Source: Phoronis australis (Eukaryota > Animalia > Phoronida). From it: a stretch of 64,000 bases of DNA. Under the pieces are notes generated by a model. The model saw nothing but the letters and a program-made list of their open reading frames with translations, searched no databases and was not told the DNA's origin. The position numbers were made by a program, and so were the translations under genes. Each line of letters opens with the position of its first letter. Position 1 is the stretch's first letter. The stretch spans positions 103,390 to 167,389 of the forward strand of contig NMRA01000348.1 of assembly GCA_002633005.1 (NCBI GenBank). The letters run 5' to 3'. Below are positions 35,330 through 48,900 of this stretch, piece by piece.

Positions 35330-36575
35330 CAAGTTTATTTAAAATGCAAACCAATGTCTTTTACTAAGAATAAAACACAGAGACTATTGATACAAGGGAG
35401 ACCATAGGTGATCACCATTACTTCAATTAAAACATGCATCACAATGTAGAACGTTACACTGAGAGCTGTAAGTGCTTAATTTTGTAAATTTTTAAATACA
35501 AGGAAATTTTGTCTGTTACATATCTCGGAAGGATACAGTTGTTTATTAGATTCGGTATTTTGACCATTAATGAATTTTCACAGCTTTTTCTGTTGTAAGA
35601 GGGCACTTTTAGGATGGGTTGTTGACTGCATACTCTAGGAAGATTTGATGGTGACTGATGTAGTTGGAAAAGTTGCTATCATAAAAGTAAATAGGCAATT
35701 GATTATGTTTGAATTTTGTAAAAGAATTTTAGACAAGCTTGGTTAAATATGTCGTCAAGAAGAAGTATTTTGATTTCCCTACAAATTGGTTCTGTGTGTG
35801 AAAATGCGAAGAATTGGTAACATTTCTCAAAGTTTTTTCTGAAGAAGTTTCAATGTCGTACAAATATTGAACCCCTATAGTGTTATACCAAACATAGATG
35901 TAACAGTATAAAAGAGCATTGTATATCATCAGGAGTGTGTGTTTCGGAAAACAGTGTTTCATTACGGACAAGACCCCACAGTTTTGGGAATTTTGTTAGA
36001 AATTTCCTGAACATGCTTGTTCAAGGAAAGATGACTGTCTACAAAAATCCCTAAAAATTAAAATTTTCATCTCTGTTAATAAGTTCATTGTTGATTTTTA
36101 TTAGAAGGATGTCACATCCGCTAATTGTTTGGGGGAAATCGAAATAGGATAAATTTAGTTTTACTTGTGTTGAACCATAAGTTATTGGTATATAGCCAAT
36201 CAAAACATCTTGTAGGGAACTATTCCTTTTGATGGTTTGATCTTTGAAGCAATGATTTTTGTTAACAAGGAAAGAAATTAGCGGGCATGTGTCGTCTGCG
36301 TACATAATGAACTGCTCCTTGCTGGAGAGGGTGATGTCATTTACATAGATTACAAATAGGAGAGATCCTAGAATAGATCCCTATGGAACACCTGTAGAAA
36401 TGTTGGGACAAAGTGACAGTATCAAGGCAGACGAACTGCTTTCTATTTTCAAGGTACATGTAGCTTGGAAACCAAGAAAATGTGTTATTAGAAAACCCGT
36501 AATGTTTTATTTTTTAGGAGGATATTGTGATCAACGGTATCAAAGGCTTTAGAAAGATCCATGAATACCGAATAT
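35330..36575 (-). mobile_element. Decayed, 5'-truncated non-LTR retrotransposon (CR1/L2/Crack-like reverse transcriptase)
   Basis: Minus-strand translation gives VFMDLSKAFDTVDHNILL, GVP*GSILGSLLFVIYVND and MYADDT, then LLMIYNALL..Y..VW. Several stops and frameshifts; A-rich tail with AATAAA near 35335. Confidence 0.88.
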
Positions 36576-37129
36576 TTTTTATGAATGAACAACTCTGAAC
36601 TTACACATCATCGTAGATCAAGCCCCAGTTCTTTAAACAGGGACGGTTTTAACAAGAGACAAAAGTAATTACACGGTGGGTATCCTCACGTTTTGATGTA
36701 AGTCGCAAGTAAAAGATTGCAGGCTGAATTTAATTCTTCTTGGTAAACTACAGAACGATATAGTTATATTTACAAGCAATACCGTGGTTGCCGACAATTC
36801 AGAAATAATCAATGTTTACGTTGACGCGCGTCTAAACAAGATTTTGAATCTCAGCCTCCTTGTTTCCAAAAGTAGACCTACTCTGCATCCACAGCTGTCA
36901 AGGCGTTTCTCTCAATATCGTTAAGGCTGAACATGGAACCATTTTAAAATCCTTTAGTTATAGCTCTCGCTGTCCATTATGGTAATCCCGGTGAAATCAT
37001 TGAACCATAAATGGTTTTAAAAATGTCTGAGTACCATGATGTATCTTTGAGGACCATGATTTATTAGCACTTTGCCAAGCATGCATTGTGCATATTGCAC
37101 TGTGTCCTCGTTAAATAAATTCAAAAATA

Positions 37130-37262
37130 TTAATAATAATCATGATGATGATAACGATAACAAGTATTAGTAGTGACTGTAGTAATAGTAGTAATAGCAG
37201 TAATAGTAGTAAAGTTAGTTATAGTAGTAATATTAGTGATATTAATAATAGTAAATTATAAT
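37130..37262. repeat. Degenerate (TAG/TAA)n trinucleotide tract
   Basis: AATAATAAT...TAGTAGTAATAGCAGTAATAGTAGT. Confidence 0.8.
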
Positions 37263-37614
37263 GGGTAGCCAAATTCATGCCATGTCAGCCCGGAGGGCAT
37301 TCCTATAGAAGTGGTATACGAACAGTGCCGCCCAAACGGGTGTTCTTTCACAGTAAAATACCCTCCAAAATGGTGCCATTTTCGACAAAATACCATCTAA
37401 AAGGTTGCCTTTTTTGAATTTCTGGAACGGAACTGTGCGAGAATGTTAATTTTTACACAAAATTAGGCTCTAAATGGGTCACTTCTTTGTCCAAGCCCCT
37501 TATCCAAAAATACTTCAGTAGCCCCCGGACGTGTCAGATACCACTTGTTTGTGATTTTGGTAATTTTTGTAATATGACGTTAGTTTCGTAAAATGTAGCT
37601 ATGGTAAATTTCTC

Positions 37615-37712
37615 GCATGTGCATTCAACAAACATTTTAAATGTAATAACCACGTAAAATGTAACAACTTGTTACATTTTAGGAGAGGCTTAGCAACGTA
37701 AAATGTAACAAT
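37615..37712. repeat. Dispersed repeat with CGTAAAATGTAACAA cores; second copy at about 62178-62300
   Basis: CTTGTTACATTTTAGGAGAGGC.TAGCAACGTAAAATGTA is shared almost exactly by the two sites. Confidence 0.75.
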
Positions 37713-39768
37713 CGTCCAAAGCGTTTGCGCGCTAACCTGCTTCTTTACACAATGTTTATTACACGGAACCTAGTTCGTAGCAACAGTTGTTTTAATTAAA
37801 ACAGTCTTATGTTGCCCATTTGACCAATCCGTTTTCCGTGTTGGCATTAACCACGCGATTCATTTGAAAATCGTCTTAATGATTTAATGTTTGAGAAAGA
37901 GAGAATTACAAGTTTCTGAGTGATTTACTGAAGGCTTAGTTGAAAATTTACATCGTACCAGCAGCTTTTGCTTATTCGGGTTCACTCACCTTCATTTTTT
38001 TCATCGCACAGTGGAGCAGACGACGGAAACAGAGTGGTAGTGCACACCGCCACTGCCGGTCGTCTGGGATATCACGCCCGACCGGGAGCGTCATAGTTAG
38101 CGTTACGGTTACGCCGGTTGTCTGAATTGGACACTTGAAATCGCGTCTGAGCCCTCCCCCAAACGCACACGCGCATACAAATTAAAACTCAAAACATGCT
38201 CAAATCTTGTTTCAGTCGTATATTGTTAATTACTGGGATTAATCAATAAACTCAATTTGTACTCATGGTTTTGCTGTTATATAAGTTTTTGCGACTGCAA
38301 AGGGGGGGGGGGTGGTGCTTGGGCCTCCCTTAAATTCGCCTATGGGCTGTGTCTTACACGTTCACAAGATAAGCTGAAGAGACATAAATGCGATTTACAT
38401 TTAAAAACCAACTTTTGATTAAGGGAATTACGATGATGAAATTAGTTACAAATTCCCCTAAGTCAAAATAGAGACAATATGAGGGCAGACTTCAATAACT
38501 GCCTCGCAGCGTGAAAAATCTAGACATGTCTCGTGTTGTCTTGAAAATACAAGGCGATATCTCGTGGAATCTCGCGTGGTAATGTTTTTCTAGCAAGATA
38601 CTGGGGTTAGTGAACGCTCCCCAGTCTTTGAATGAATTGGAGGTTCGTTATTCTTTGACAGCAAACTCTACAAGTTGACTTGTCAAGGCGTGCTATTATA
38701 TACGTCGGGCATTGTCTCAACGGAAGCATTCTGTCGGTGGTTTGTAAGCCCAGGATCATTGTCTATATTAATAAAGAACACGTTAGGACCAATTTCATGG
38801 CGGTAACTATCAGTCGTATTAAATTCTGTTGTTTGGTTGAACTAACTTGCGTTGAAATGCGTTTTGGGAAGTTTTTAACTAAAATGAAGCGGACGGAGTA
38901 CCTTATGGGATTCAGAATTGGTTATACGGACAAATACGCATTTTGGGTCTACATCCTGTTGATGTCAGATCGGTGCGATTCTGCATAACTCCCGGTTTTT
39001 ATTCCCGGATGTCCACTCCCATGGTGAGCTGTTACGTCAACGTTTACATTACGCGAATCGCTCGATTTTTTATAGCTCTTCCTGTACATTTCCACAGCGG
39101 AATTGAAATTATCATTTCAATGTCGGTCAATAGTTAATCACAATGAGAGAGTTTTCCCATTAACTGTGTTAGTTAAAATATCATGATCGAAGCTGTTCAT
39201 GTTTGGAAAAGTTAAGTCACATGCCATATGTCAGAAATAATGGCGCAGATTATCCGGCAAGGCGTCGATTCTTAGCGGGTAACAGCGGATGAATTCTGAA
39301 CAGGTACACGTAGGTAATGGGAAATGAAACGACCATTTCTGTTAATCAGTATGCTGCAGCGGTCATAGTAAATGAAACGTGATTGCCGCTGCTATTCCAT
39401 TGGATATTTTTATTGCTTATGTCTACCTCTCGCATCAACTCTGACTAATGGGCACCAAAATTCTAATAATCAACCTTAAAACTATTGTGCAAAAACTAGT
39501 GTATTGAAAATAAGTGCAAATGTCATTGGCTCTTTTATCTACGTGAGGAAAACAATGTAATAAAAATATGAGCCATTTTACAAGTTTCCTTGACCTTTAT
39601 TGACGCGAGCAAAACAAATCCACTGCGCTTTATCGATCATCAGACCTCATCCACTGATATTGTCGTCATCGAAGTCTGAAACAATCTTTACGCATCGGTT
39701 GCGTGTCCATCTCACTGACTGATACCTTTTGCCGATGGTGTAAGACCACGCCCCACTATCGACGTGTT

Positions 39769-39777
39769 TATATAAAG
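39769..39777 (+). promoter_or_regulatory. Candidate TATA box of the mosaic lectin gene
   Basis: TATATAAAG about 130 nt upstream of the signal-peptide ATG, preceded by a GC-box-like CCACGCCCC near 39746. Confidence 0.5.
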
Positions 39778-39902
39778 CGTGCGTGTGGGTTATATCTCCA
39801 AAGCCGCGTGGATTTGCGGTCAAATATTGTCCGAAGCACCGGAATGCCAATCAATATTTGTCCGGCGTATTCCACACATATGTTAGTCTATTTTTGAGCC
39901 AA

Positions 39903-39960
39903 ATGGATGTAAAAAATGTAGCAGCATTTATTTTGGTATTTACAGCCGCAGGATTAGTGG
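39903..39960 (+). CDS. Signal-peptide exon of the mosaic gene
   Basis: MDVKNVAAFILVFTAAGLV followed by a phase-1 donor G|gtaagc. Basic N-region and hydrophobic core; joins the next exon as ...GLVDG-C. Confidence 0.75.
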
Positions 39961-42900
39961 GTAAGCTTCGTTGATATTTTAGAATTGTGAGACACGGAAA
40001 AACCATGATTCACATCGTGTTTATTCATACATGTACATTGTACACTAGTGACAACAGAGAATATTTATTCTACACTATTTTCATTGTACAATTCTTGCAA
40101 GGATATTTTTATAAAAACGTGCCCAGATTATCAGTTGTTGACACAATATGGTTTAAAATCTGAAGGTTAATTTCTAGGACTATTTCATTTTGTTTGTTAT
40201 TTTTTCTATCTATCTACATGTATTCCGATTTGAGTTATCACGGGCGAAATTATCCTAGACTTCGTCTGCTATCCTAATTCGCTAAATAACCGGTTTTTTT
40301 CTAAATATATGTTGGATTTATCTTTGAGCAAAGCACGTCAAGTCACATGTAGTTGGTATGGATAGTATTCTAGAAGTCCGGCCCTGACAATGGCATTTTA
40401 TTTATTATGTTAGTCTTAGTCCCGGCTAGAAAATCAGTCAGGATTGCCGATGACTGGCTGAAGTTAAAAAACCACAGTACCCCGATGGCACTGCGTTGTG
40501 CAGGCCCAAATTGTCACATGGTCACAAATTGTTACAACTTCAAAATTGTAACAGTGTGGGTCACGACTGATGCCCCACATTGTCAAAACTGTCCAAAATG
40601 TCACAACATTTTCATGCGACAAGTTGGGTCTGTATTATGGTACAGGTCATCTACATGGCGTTTTTAGGGTACGCGTGGACACTTCCCTTCTGAGATTAGG
40701 GTTGGTCATACCCCACTTTGGGGCAGGGATAACAAAATAGTCATGCTTGAACTTGAGGTCTGCATTACACTTTTTGAAATCAACTTGAAATCAGCAACAA
40801 CCTCACGTGAGAAGACTTCCCCGGGAATACAGATCGTTGTTAAATGAACTGGACCCTCAGCGTTTCTACAGTGAGTAATTTCAATTCTCTCACCATGCTA
40901 AGCTAGAGTGGAAACTGCAAAGTGAATCTCGTTTCAATATTTAGCATGCCAATTAATACGCAATCATGGGTAACTATAAACATGTATCATTGTCTATCGA
41001 CGTTATGTAACTCGCATCGTGCAGTGTTTATCTTTATTGGCTGATGATCGAGCACTGCACTAAGATGTCTCCTACTCCTCTGAGCCCGGTCTAACTAGTG
41101 AGCGAATGCAAGGGAGTGAATGAGAACCTGGATATAATGCAAAAACGATTTCTAGGGCTGTGGTAATATTGAGAAAAATAATGTGTTTTTGTCTACTTTT
41201 GCCCAGTGGACACGATTTCTCCTTTGCGTCATATTGTTTTTTCAAAAAATGATTCAAGGTAATCACAAACCTTATTTAGTGGCCTGTATTCTAACTCGCG
41301 TATCACAAAATCAACCTCTGAAGTTATTACTGAAAGAAAAAAGATCCTGGAATATAAAAATATGTTTCACATTTACATGCATGTACCATTATTATCATTA
41401 CGTTAACGTCTTTTTAAACTCAATTTTTTGTGTTTAAGAAAGGTTCATTCACAGAAAAATAACCCCTTGGTCTTTTATAAATGAAAACTTCACCTATTAC
41501 CCCAAAAACGCTTTTAGGAATTTTCGATTAGTCTTTTCATTTGGATTACACCCGGCTGTATATGATAAAGGATCTCGCCAAACTTAATGTATTATGGTAA
41601 AAGAACAATCGCATTCCTTTTTGTTACATTACGCAAAAAACTAAGCATTGATATCGAAAATTCTAACACCGGTTTTGAATTTGATGAATAAAGTTAAGTT
41701 TAGAAAGTTTCAGCGAAGTCCACCCAGCCTTTTTCGAGAACTCTTGTTCCTAAGTTCAAATTATGCCGAATTGCCGAAGCCCTGAAAAAGGCGATTAAGC
41801 TGGGACACGTGAAAATCTCGTCTTCGATTAATTATTCGGTGAAAACTTGTTTCGCATGAGGCGAATTGTAAACATTCGTAACCATGCAGACACACAACTC
41901 CCTCAGGATCAAAACTACGTTTGGTCTTCGTTTTCCCCTTAGTCTATCTTTGGCATGTACACGTAGTTGACTCAACATTATGGCTACTCAGTGAATGAAA
42001 TGACTGAAGGTACACTGCGGAGCTGCTCTGTGCCTGGTGAGAAATATCCACGGCGATTCTGCTAAAACTTCGTTATTCACACCACACGGCATACATTTCG
42101 TATTTGATGTTCCCCGAAAACGAAGATAACGTAAGAACTGAGACGTAACTATAGTTCGCCATTCACGACAACAATGCAAATTGGTTGTCACGAATGCTGA
42201 ATACATGTATACATGTATACTGTATTAGCTGTATTTTGTAATTAATCAGAAGCCTGGAGTGTAAATGAAAGGCATTCTTTTTGAGGACTTACGTGTCACG
42301 CATTCACGTAGGTAACATTGAGGATTAGTTTTTAAAACAAGATTTATCAAAATTAGTGATACCCTCCTGTTTTTCTGAAGACTTGCCAGCATAAACGAAA
42401 GAACGTGCAATTTCTACTTTACTAAATTAGAACCTTCCTGGAATTTCTACAATTGGTCTGTCCACGAGGGGGCGCTTACTCTCGTCCAATTCCACCCTTT
42501 TTAAGGGACAATATCGGCGAGGAAAGGGATTTATCGAGTTAAGCCGCGTGGCGGAATCGAATCTGGAATTCCCACGGTCGCAGTCTACTGCTCTGATGGC
42601 GAGCTAAATTCCACTCAATAAATGGCAAAATTAAAGTAGTTTAAGCTTATTTAAATTCATTTAGGAAAGACTGGCCTCGACTACACAGCAGTTGCCTAAA
42701 GCACGACGGATTTTATTGTTTTACATGCATAGCTCTGATTGAAGCTAATAACCTCAAGAAGTCATCTCCATTCAACAATAACCTCTGTCAAAAAGTTTTT
42801 TTGGCTGAAAAACGATAATTCCCCTTTATGCATGGCGCCATACTATTGGTTCCTATTTCAAATTACTGATTAAAATCGATGAAAATTGTAACGGAAACAA

Positions 42901-45900
42901 AAGAGAGACTTTAAAAATGTTTGAGCCTTAAAATTCGAAATTTTCCTTCGAAATGTGTTACATCGGTGGTTTTTCTAATGTCCCACGGTCTTCGCAGGCT
43001 GAGCTTTAATTGAAATGAGTGCCACTAGGAAACCAAGCTGTTTAGAGGTACATGTATCTTGCAGTTGGACAATGCTTCACTACATGTATATCAACGGGGG
43101 AAAACCAGTGTCGCCGTCCGCCCTCAACTTAATGGCGGAGGTTGATCTAAGCTCCTATCGTCTTCTACAGGGCAATCATTGCATTTGCGATGTTATAACA
43201 GGAATAAAATACTGGCTGAAATAAATTGAAAGATCACGGACAGAAACTTGTAATGTTTTAACTAGTTTAGTTTCTGAAATTTAGTTTTTGGTGAAAAGTT
43301 GGTGTAGAGTCCTTCTTTTGCGGAAGAAATACATGTACAACAAAATTGGCGAGAATGCTGCGATGCGTTTTCGTGTGTTGACAAGAGTACCGAGTATGTT
43401 ACATTAATGTATTGATTCAGTGCGGTAGAGAATTGCGTCGTGATATCGGACAAAAGACTAAGCCTGGCGATTAAAAAAGAAAGATTGACTTTATTCTTCT
43501 GAAGACCGGTATCGTCCGAAGTACGGACTAAACGGGAGTTAGTTACAGTGGGAAAGGACCATTTCGTACCCGCAAATTGCCACCGTGGACGAAGTTTTTT
43601 TTTTTTTCGAAACAGCGCTTGCCACAGACCAATTTTTTGTTTGTTTTAATAACTCGTTTCATTATCTGGACGAAATTGTGTCCATCCAAAAGTATGGGAT
43701 ACAATCTACGAAGAAGGGAATTTGCGCTTTTGTTTGACCCTTAACAGAGCTATTTGGATTAAATTTAATTGCAAGTTGTGATAGGGGAACGATTGGTTTC
43801 AGCTCTATATTATTATAGCTGTTCACGGAATGGTTCAGTACTGCAAAAGCGTCCAAAATGCTAAAAGATAAAGAGACCTGGATGCATGTTTGGTCTTGTG
43901 TCTCTGTCTATAATTTCCACACATTTCCTGGGAATTACCCAGGATTTGGTAACAAAAATTCTCGGTACACGTATGCGACGTTTTTTGAGGTGATAGATTG
44001 ACAGCTTTTGTTGTTATTAAGATGACTGTGTACATGTACATGTGTGTGGACTGTTAAAAAAAGTTCCTTAGGAACCATATTTCTTCTTATTGCATTCCAA
44101 AAATTCGTATATATTTTGTTTAAAAACGCTTCCACTATACACTCGAGTCTTAAGTTTTAGCCTTAAGTCGAGACTCGAATACCAATTTGTTAAGCACATG
44201 ACTCATGATCTGCGGTGGGCCTGATTTGTTTTAAGTATGAATTCTCTCATTCAGATGGCTGTTCTCGAAAGAGCATAACAAAATGCGACGGCGAAACGTT
44301 TTCACTGGATTGCACGCAAGACTCGAATGTAAAAGATAAGCCGCATATGCAGTACATCTCGGTCAATACTGATACGTTTTATGGTAGAGGACAACCGACA
44401 ACATCCCGCCATGGTACAGTAATTACCTGTAACACTGGTGACGTCAGCGACACAAATTGCAAATTAGCTTCGGCGTACGACAGCGTAGTGGCTGAATGTC
44501 ACGGGAAAAAGCAATGCAGCTTCCAAGTTGGAACCACATTCTTTGGTGCCGATCCATGCCCCGGAATAACAAAATACTTGAAAATGTATTATTATTGCGC
44601 AGGTAAGGAATACTTAAATGTACAACGATACTTTCAGGAAGTCACATGCACAAATCGAATCGGATTCTCAAATAGGAAATATTATCTGTGTCATTGCAAA
44701 AAGTCAACCACGTAAAATCTAACCTGCACGGCAGTGCAATGTAAACAAACGAGCGACGTTACTGGAATTGTTGCTTTTGACATTAAGTGGGTAATATAAA
44801 ACGTACTCAGTGTTGGAAGACATCTCGTGCTGTCGACGAACACTTTCAAATTTAGAAAAACTGCAAGGACAGTGATGGTGTAATACTATAATATAAAACG
44901 CGATATTCTTAATTACGGATGCATGCTACAGTGTACGTAGCTTCCAATACACTTTTTGTAGGCACTTGCAACGATCCCGGTACTCATGCGTCCACTACCA
45001 GAACGGGATTGGTTGGGCATGAGCAGAGTCTCACCTACAGCTGCAAACAGGGCTACCAAAAGAAAAGCGGAAACGAGGTGATCAAGTGCACGTGCGACAG
45101 AAGTAGCGAAACTTGTAACTGGGACAATACCCGCCTGGAGTGTGAAGGTAATGTGTAAACCAACTAACGCCAGCGTGGGATTTTCTCAACGATATCCGCC
45201 CACACTTACATGTACATGTATCTCCATAAGTGACCGTAGGCCTTCATAGATTAAAGCACGGAATTAGCTCAAGTTGTAATATCGCGCTTCAAAATCACAA
45301 CCAAGGTACCAATTCTACGCTTGATAACCGTCCTTTGATTTTTTTCTGCTTCCTAAATTGTCTCCTTGGCGAAGCATTATCTACTGAAGGCATGTGGAGA
45401 TTCAATCTGAACTCTTTTCAGATTTTGCTCAGTTGAACCAAGGACCTATATTAAAAGTTTCAAAGACTATTAACCGAACTCGCCTCCGTGTTCATAGTGG
45501 ATGGTTTCGTTTCAAATTGTTCACTATTATAATTACCAAGTCTGACCATTATTTGAACACCATCCCCAAGATAGATGCTTAATACACGAAACTGTACTGT
45601 TAATTGTCCTCACCGGTTCACTCGAGTCAACTGTCTGGAACATCTGATTGGTCTGTGATCCGGAAGTCGACACTGAGAATTAATCAGGCGTGCGTTCAAT
45701 AGACGCTAGGACCTACACCATGACCTACGCTAGGACCTAGCTAAAATCTAGTCAAAGTCACGTGTTCTCATTTAAAATACACGGCAATGTCTCACGTAAT
45801 CTCGTGAAGTCTTGCTTTTTAGCGAGGTTCTAGCGTTACTGATCGGGAGGCAGGTTCATTAGTCGGTTAACTGGGCGGAACCGGTGAAGTCAATCAAGTG

Positions 45901-48900
45901 GAACCATTCTAACAGACATCCTCACAGAGCGAACTTTTGCGAGAAAGCCGAGCCTCGGGGGAAATGACGAGGGGAGGGATGGTGTAAGGAGATGGAGAAT
46001 GGATGTGAGGGAAGGAATGACGGAGGGATGAGTGAAAATAGGGATGTTACAAGCTCAAATTTATTACAGGTGTTATTTAGTAAATAACTTCATTTTCACA
46101 GCCCCCAGTTGCGCTGATCCTGGCACACACTCATCTACCACAAGATCCGGAGGTCTGGGTCATCAGCAAAGTCTCACATACGCCTGCAAATCCGGTTATC
46201 AAAAGAAAACCGGTGATGAAGTGATCACCTGCAACTGTGATAGCAACGGTTGTAACTGGGACAAATCTCGTCTCGAGTGTGAAGGTAAGACGCGCAAAAA
46301 TGCTTACCATGACGAAAAATCCACGTGCACAGACAAAGTTTTTGTGGTCTCGCGGCAAGTCATTTCAAATCAACTGTTTTATTTATAACACGCACGTTTC
46401 GACTGGTCAGAATTAGAGTAATGCATAATTAAATCTTTGTGTCTGTAATTTCACGATCGCTTTGAAAAAAAACATCTAGGCAAATTTCGTGAAAACTCAG
46501 TTTTATTGCTTAGCGTATAAGTCATAATTGACGACAGTTTCTTAACACGTGTGTGCCCTGAATTTGATGTTGGTCGTTTGCCTTTTTGGAAGTGTTGTGC
46601 ATTTTTTCGCGTAGAATTTCTTTTGAAACGCTTCAAGTGATTCATAATTGAGCCGCAGTCATTTCATAATTCCGACGCTAGATTACACTTTGCTGCGTGT
46701 AGCTCGCCATAAACAAATAAAATTGTGTCAAAGCAAGGCTACATTGAAGTATGACCACAGTTATTTCACGATGTTAAAACTCAACCAAAGACTTACAACT
46801 ACGTCCGCAATAGAATAAACTGACCCTTCAGTTCAGTGGAGGAAAAACATTCGTTTTCGCTTGAACCACGAAAGTACGTCTGGGGCGTACATTCGAGGCC
46901 GAGTAATCACATGTAGGATTTGCTACCTAATGTCACGTGATAATGTTTTGCATAAGTACCGTACGTGAATATCAACTCAAATTGAGAGAAATTCGGCTTT
47001 GCTGAAAATAATCGATGTTCACCTAAATGTCAACACGTTGTTTTTTCACAAATGGCAGCTTCGACACAGCGAAGCAAAATTTTGTTATAGCCCTATACAT
47101 ACCAAATGGAACCCTTCTCTTTCGTCGAGGTACAGGTAAAACGAACTGCATTACTGATCGAAGTTTTAAAAAGTACTGCATCTAAACGTTTTTGAACTGA
47201 GACAAACAAGACAACAAACACGAAATGATGCACTCTAGAGTCATTTATTACATATACGTCAGCATTTCAACTCGCTGTTCAATTTCAAAAGCATTACCGT
47301 GACGAATGTCTCAACAATTGTGCTGTAAAACAGTGGATGGTAAGTGCGAATGGTGGACAGCGAGGTAGATATGTACTGATTTGGGATGAACCAGGGCTAT
47401 TATTAGAAATCTCCAATTATTGGCTCACGGAAAATTGATACAGCTGTATATATATTTTGGCTGCTTTATAAAATATGTTTGCAATGTATAACAATCTTAT
47501 TGATTCTACGTGTTCGTGGGTTTGTGTAAAGATTTCCAGAACAATCAGTAATATTGACACTGTCAAATCGATGTGTTGTAATTGCAGAAGAACCATCTCC
47601 ATTTTCCACGCATTGTCATGTGAGAGAATTCAATACTCAGCGGACGAAAACAATATTATCTCTTTACATAGGCGACAGGCAAAACATATCAAGTAAAATG
47701 TTTTTATTGTTTGGACAAGTTGTTAACTTTGAATATTCACAAGGTTTTCATGTTTACTCATCCGGAGACAAAGTAAAATCCACATGAATAAGTATTTTAT
47801 TCCGTTTCCGTGCGCAATGACATAAAAACCGTCCTTAAATTCACATCACCTACATTGTACGTCAGCCATTTCCACTTGTTCAGCAACGGAACAACCGATA
47901 AGGTTGCCGTAGCCTCGATTTCATTTATTTTTTTACGATTCGGTGAGTTAAAACAAATCACAAAACACAGTAGACTTTGTTGTTTTACAGATCAATGGCC
48001 AGTTGCATGAAATAGTTGCAAAAGGGACTTAACTTGGCCCCCTAAGTTTTCATCGTTTGTGGACGCTGAGTTTTAACTTCAATTGATAGCGGGGTAAACT
48101 CTACACATGTACATGTACGTTGAATAATTGTGTAGAGAATAGACTCTGTGAAGTTTCCATATTACATGTAAGTCCCAAACTTAAGGACCTTTTTCATTAA
48201 AATAAAGGCTGAGTTTCAGATTATATTCTTAGAAAATGTAACAAGTAAAAGAGGAGCTCACAATGAAGATAAAGTTACGTAAAACATTACATTGGTGAAT
48301 AAACGAAGTCTATAACTACGTGGACAATGGAGGATCTTAGTTTAGCCCTTGTTTGTCTAAGTTATTAAATTAAATAAACTTAGGACGTTAATAAGACCCA
48401 GAAATGAATCTCAAAATGCATTTTGTGCATGAAATCAATGGCGTCTTTTCAACCTATGGTTCAGTTTCGTATAATCTTTGTAAAATGTTGATTTCCGTAA
48501 AAATCTGCGTGCGTCAGTCACGGTTTCTAATGTTTTCGACCTCTGTGTTTACTATCGAATTTCTTCTTTCTGTCATGGCATTTGTATTGTAAATTTCACA
48601 CTTGTGATTATTAAGAACTCGGCTCTCGATCAATTTAAATTCGAGAGCATTTTGCGGAAAAAAACGTTTGCAGATTACCTCTCGTTATTTCGATTGATAT
48701 AGCGATTATTGGTAACATAATTATGTGAAATCTGTGTCTAAAATCTTTTTTATTTCGCAACAATTTCATAGTGTCGCGTGGCAAAAGTGGCTTCTGGTCA
48801 CAGCTTGTCCCCCTCTCCGGAAATCAAAACTAATTTTAACTCCCTTGTCTTCGAAAATTGAGATGTCTGTGTTTAAATCTAAAGTAGACTTTTGAATGAG

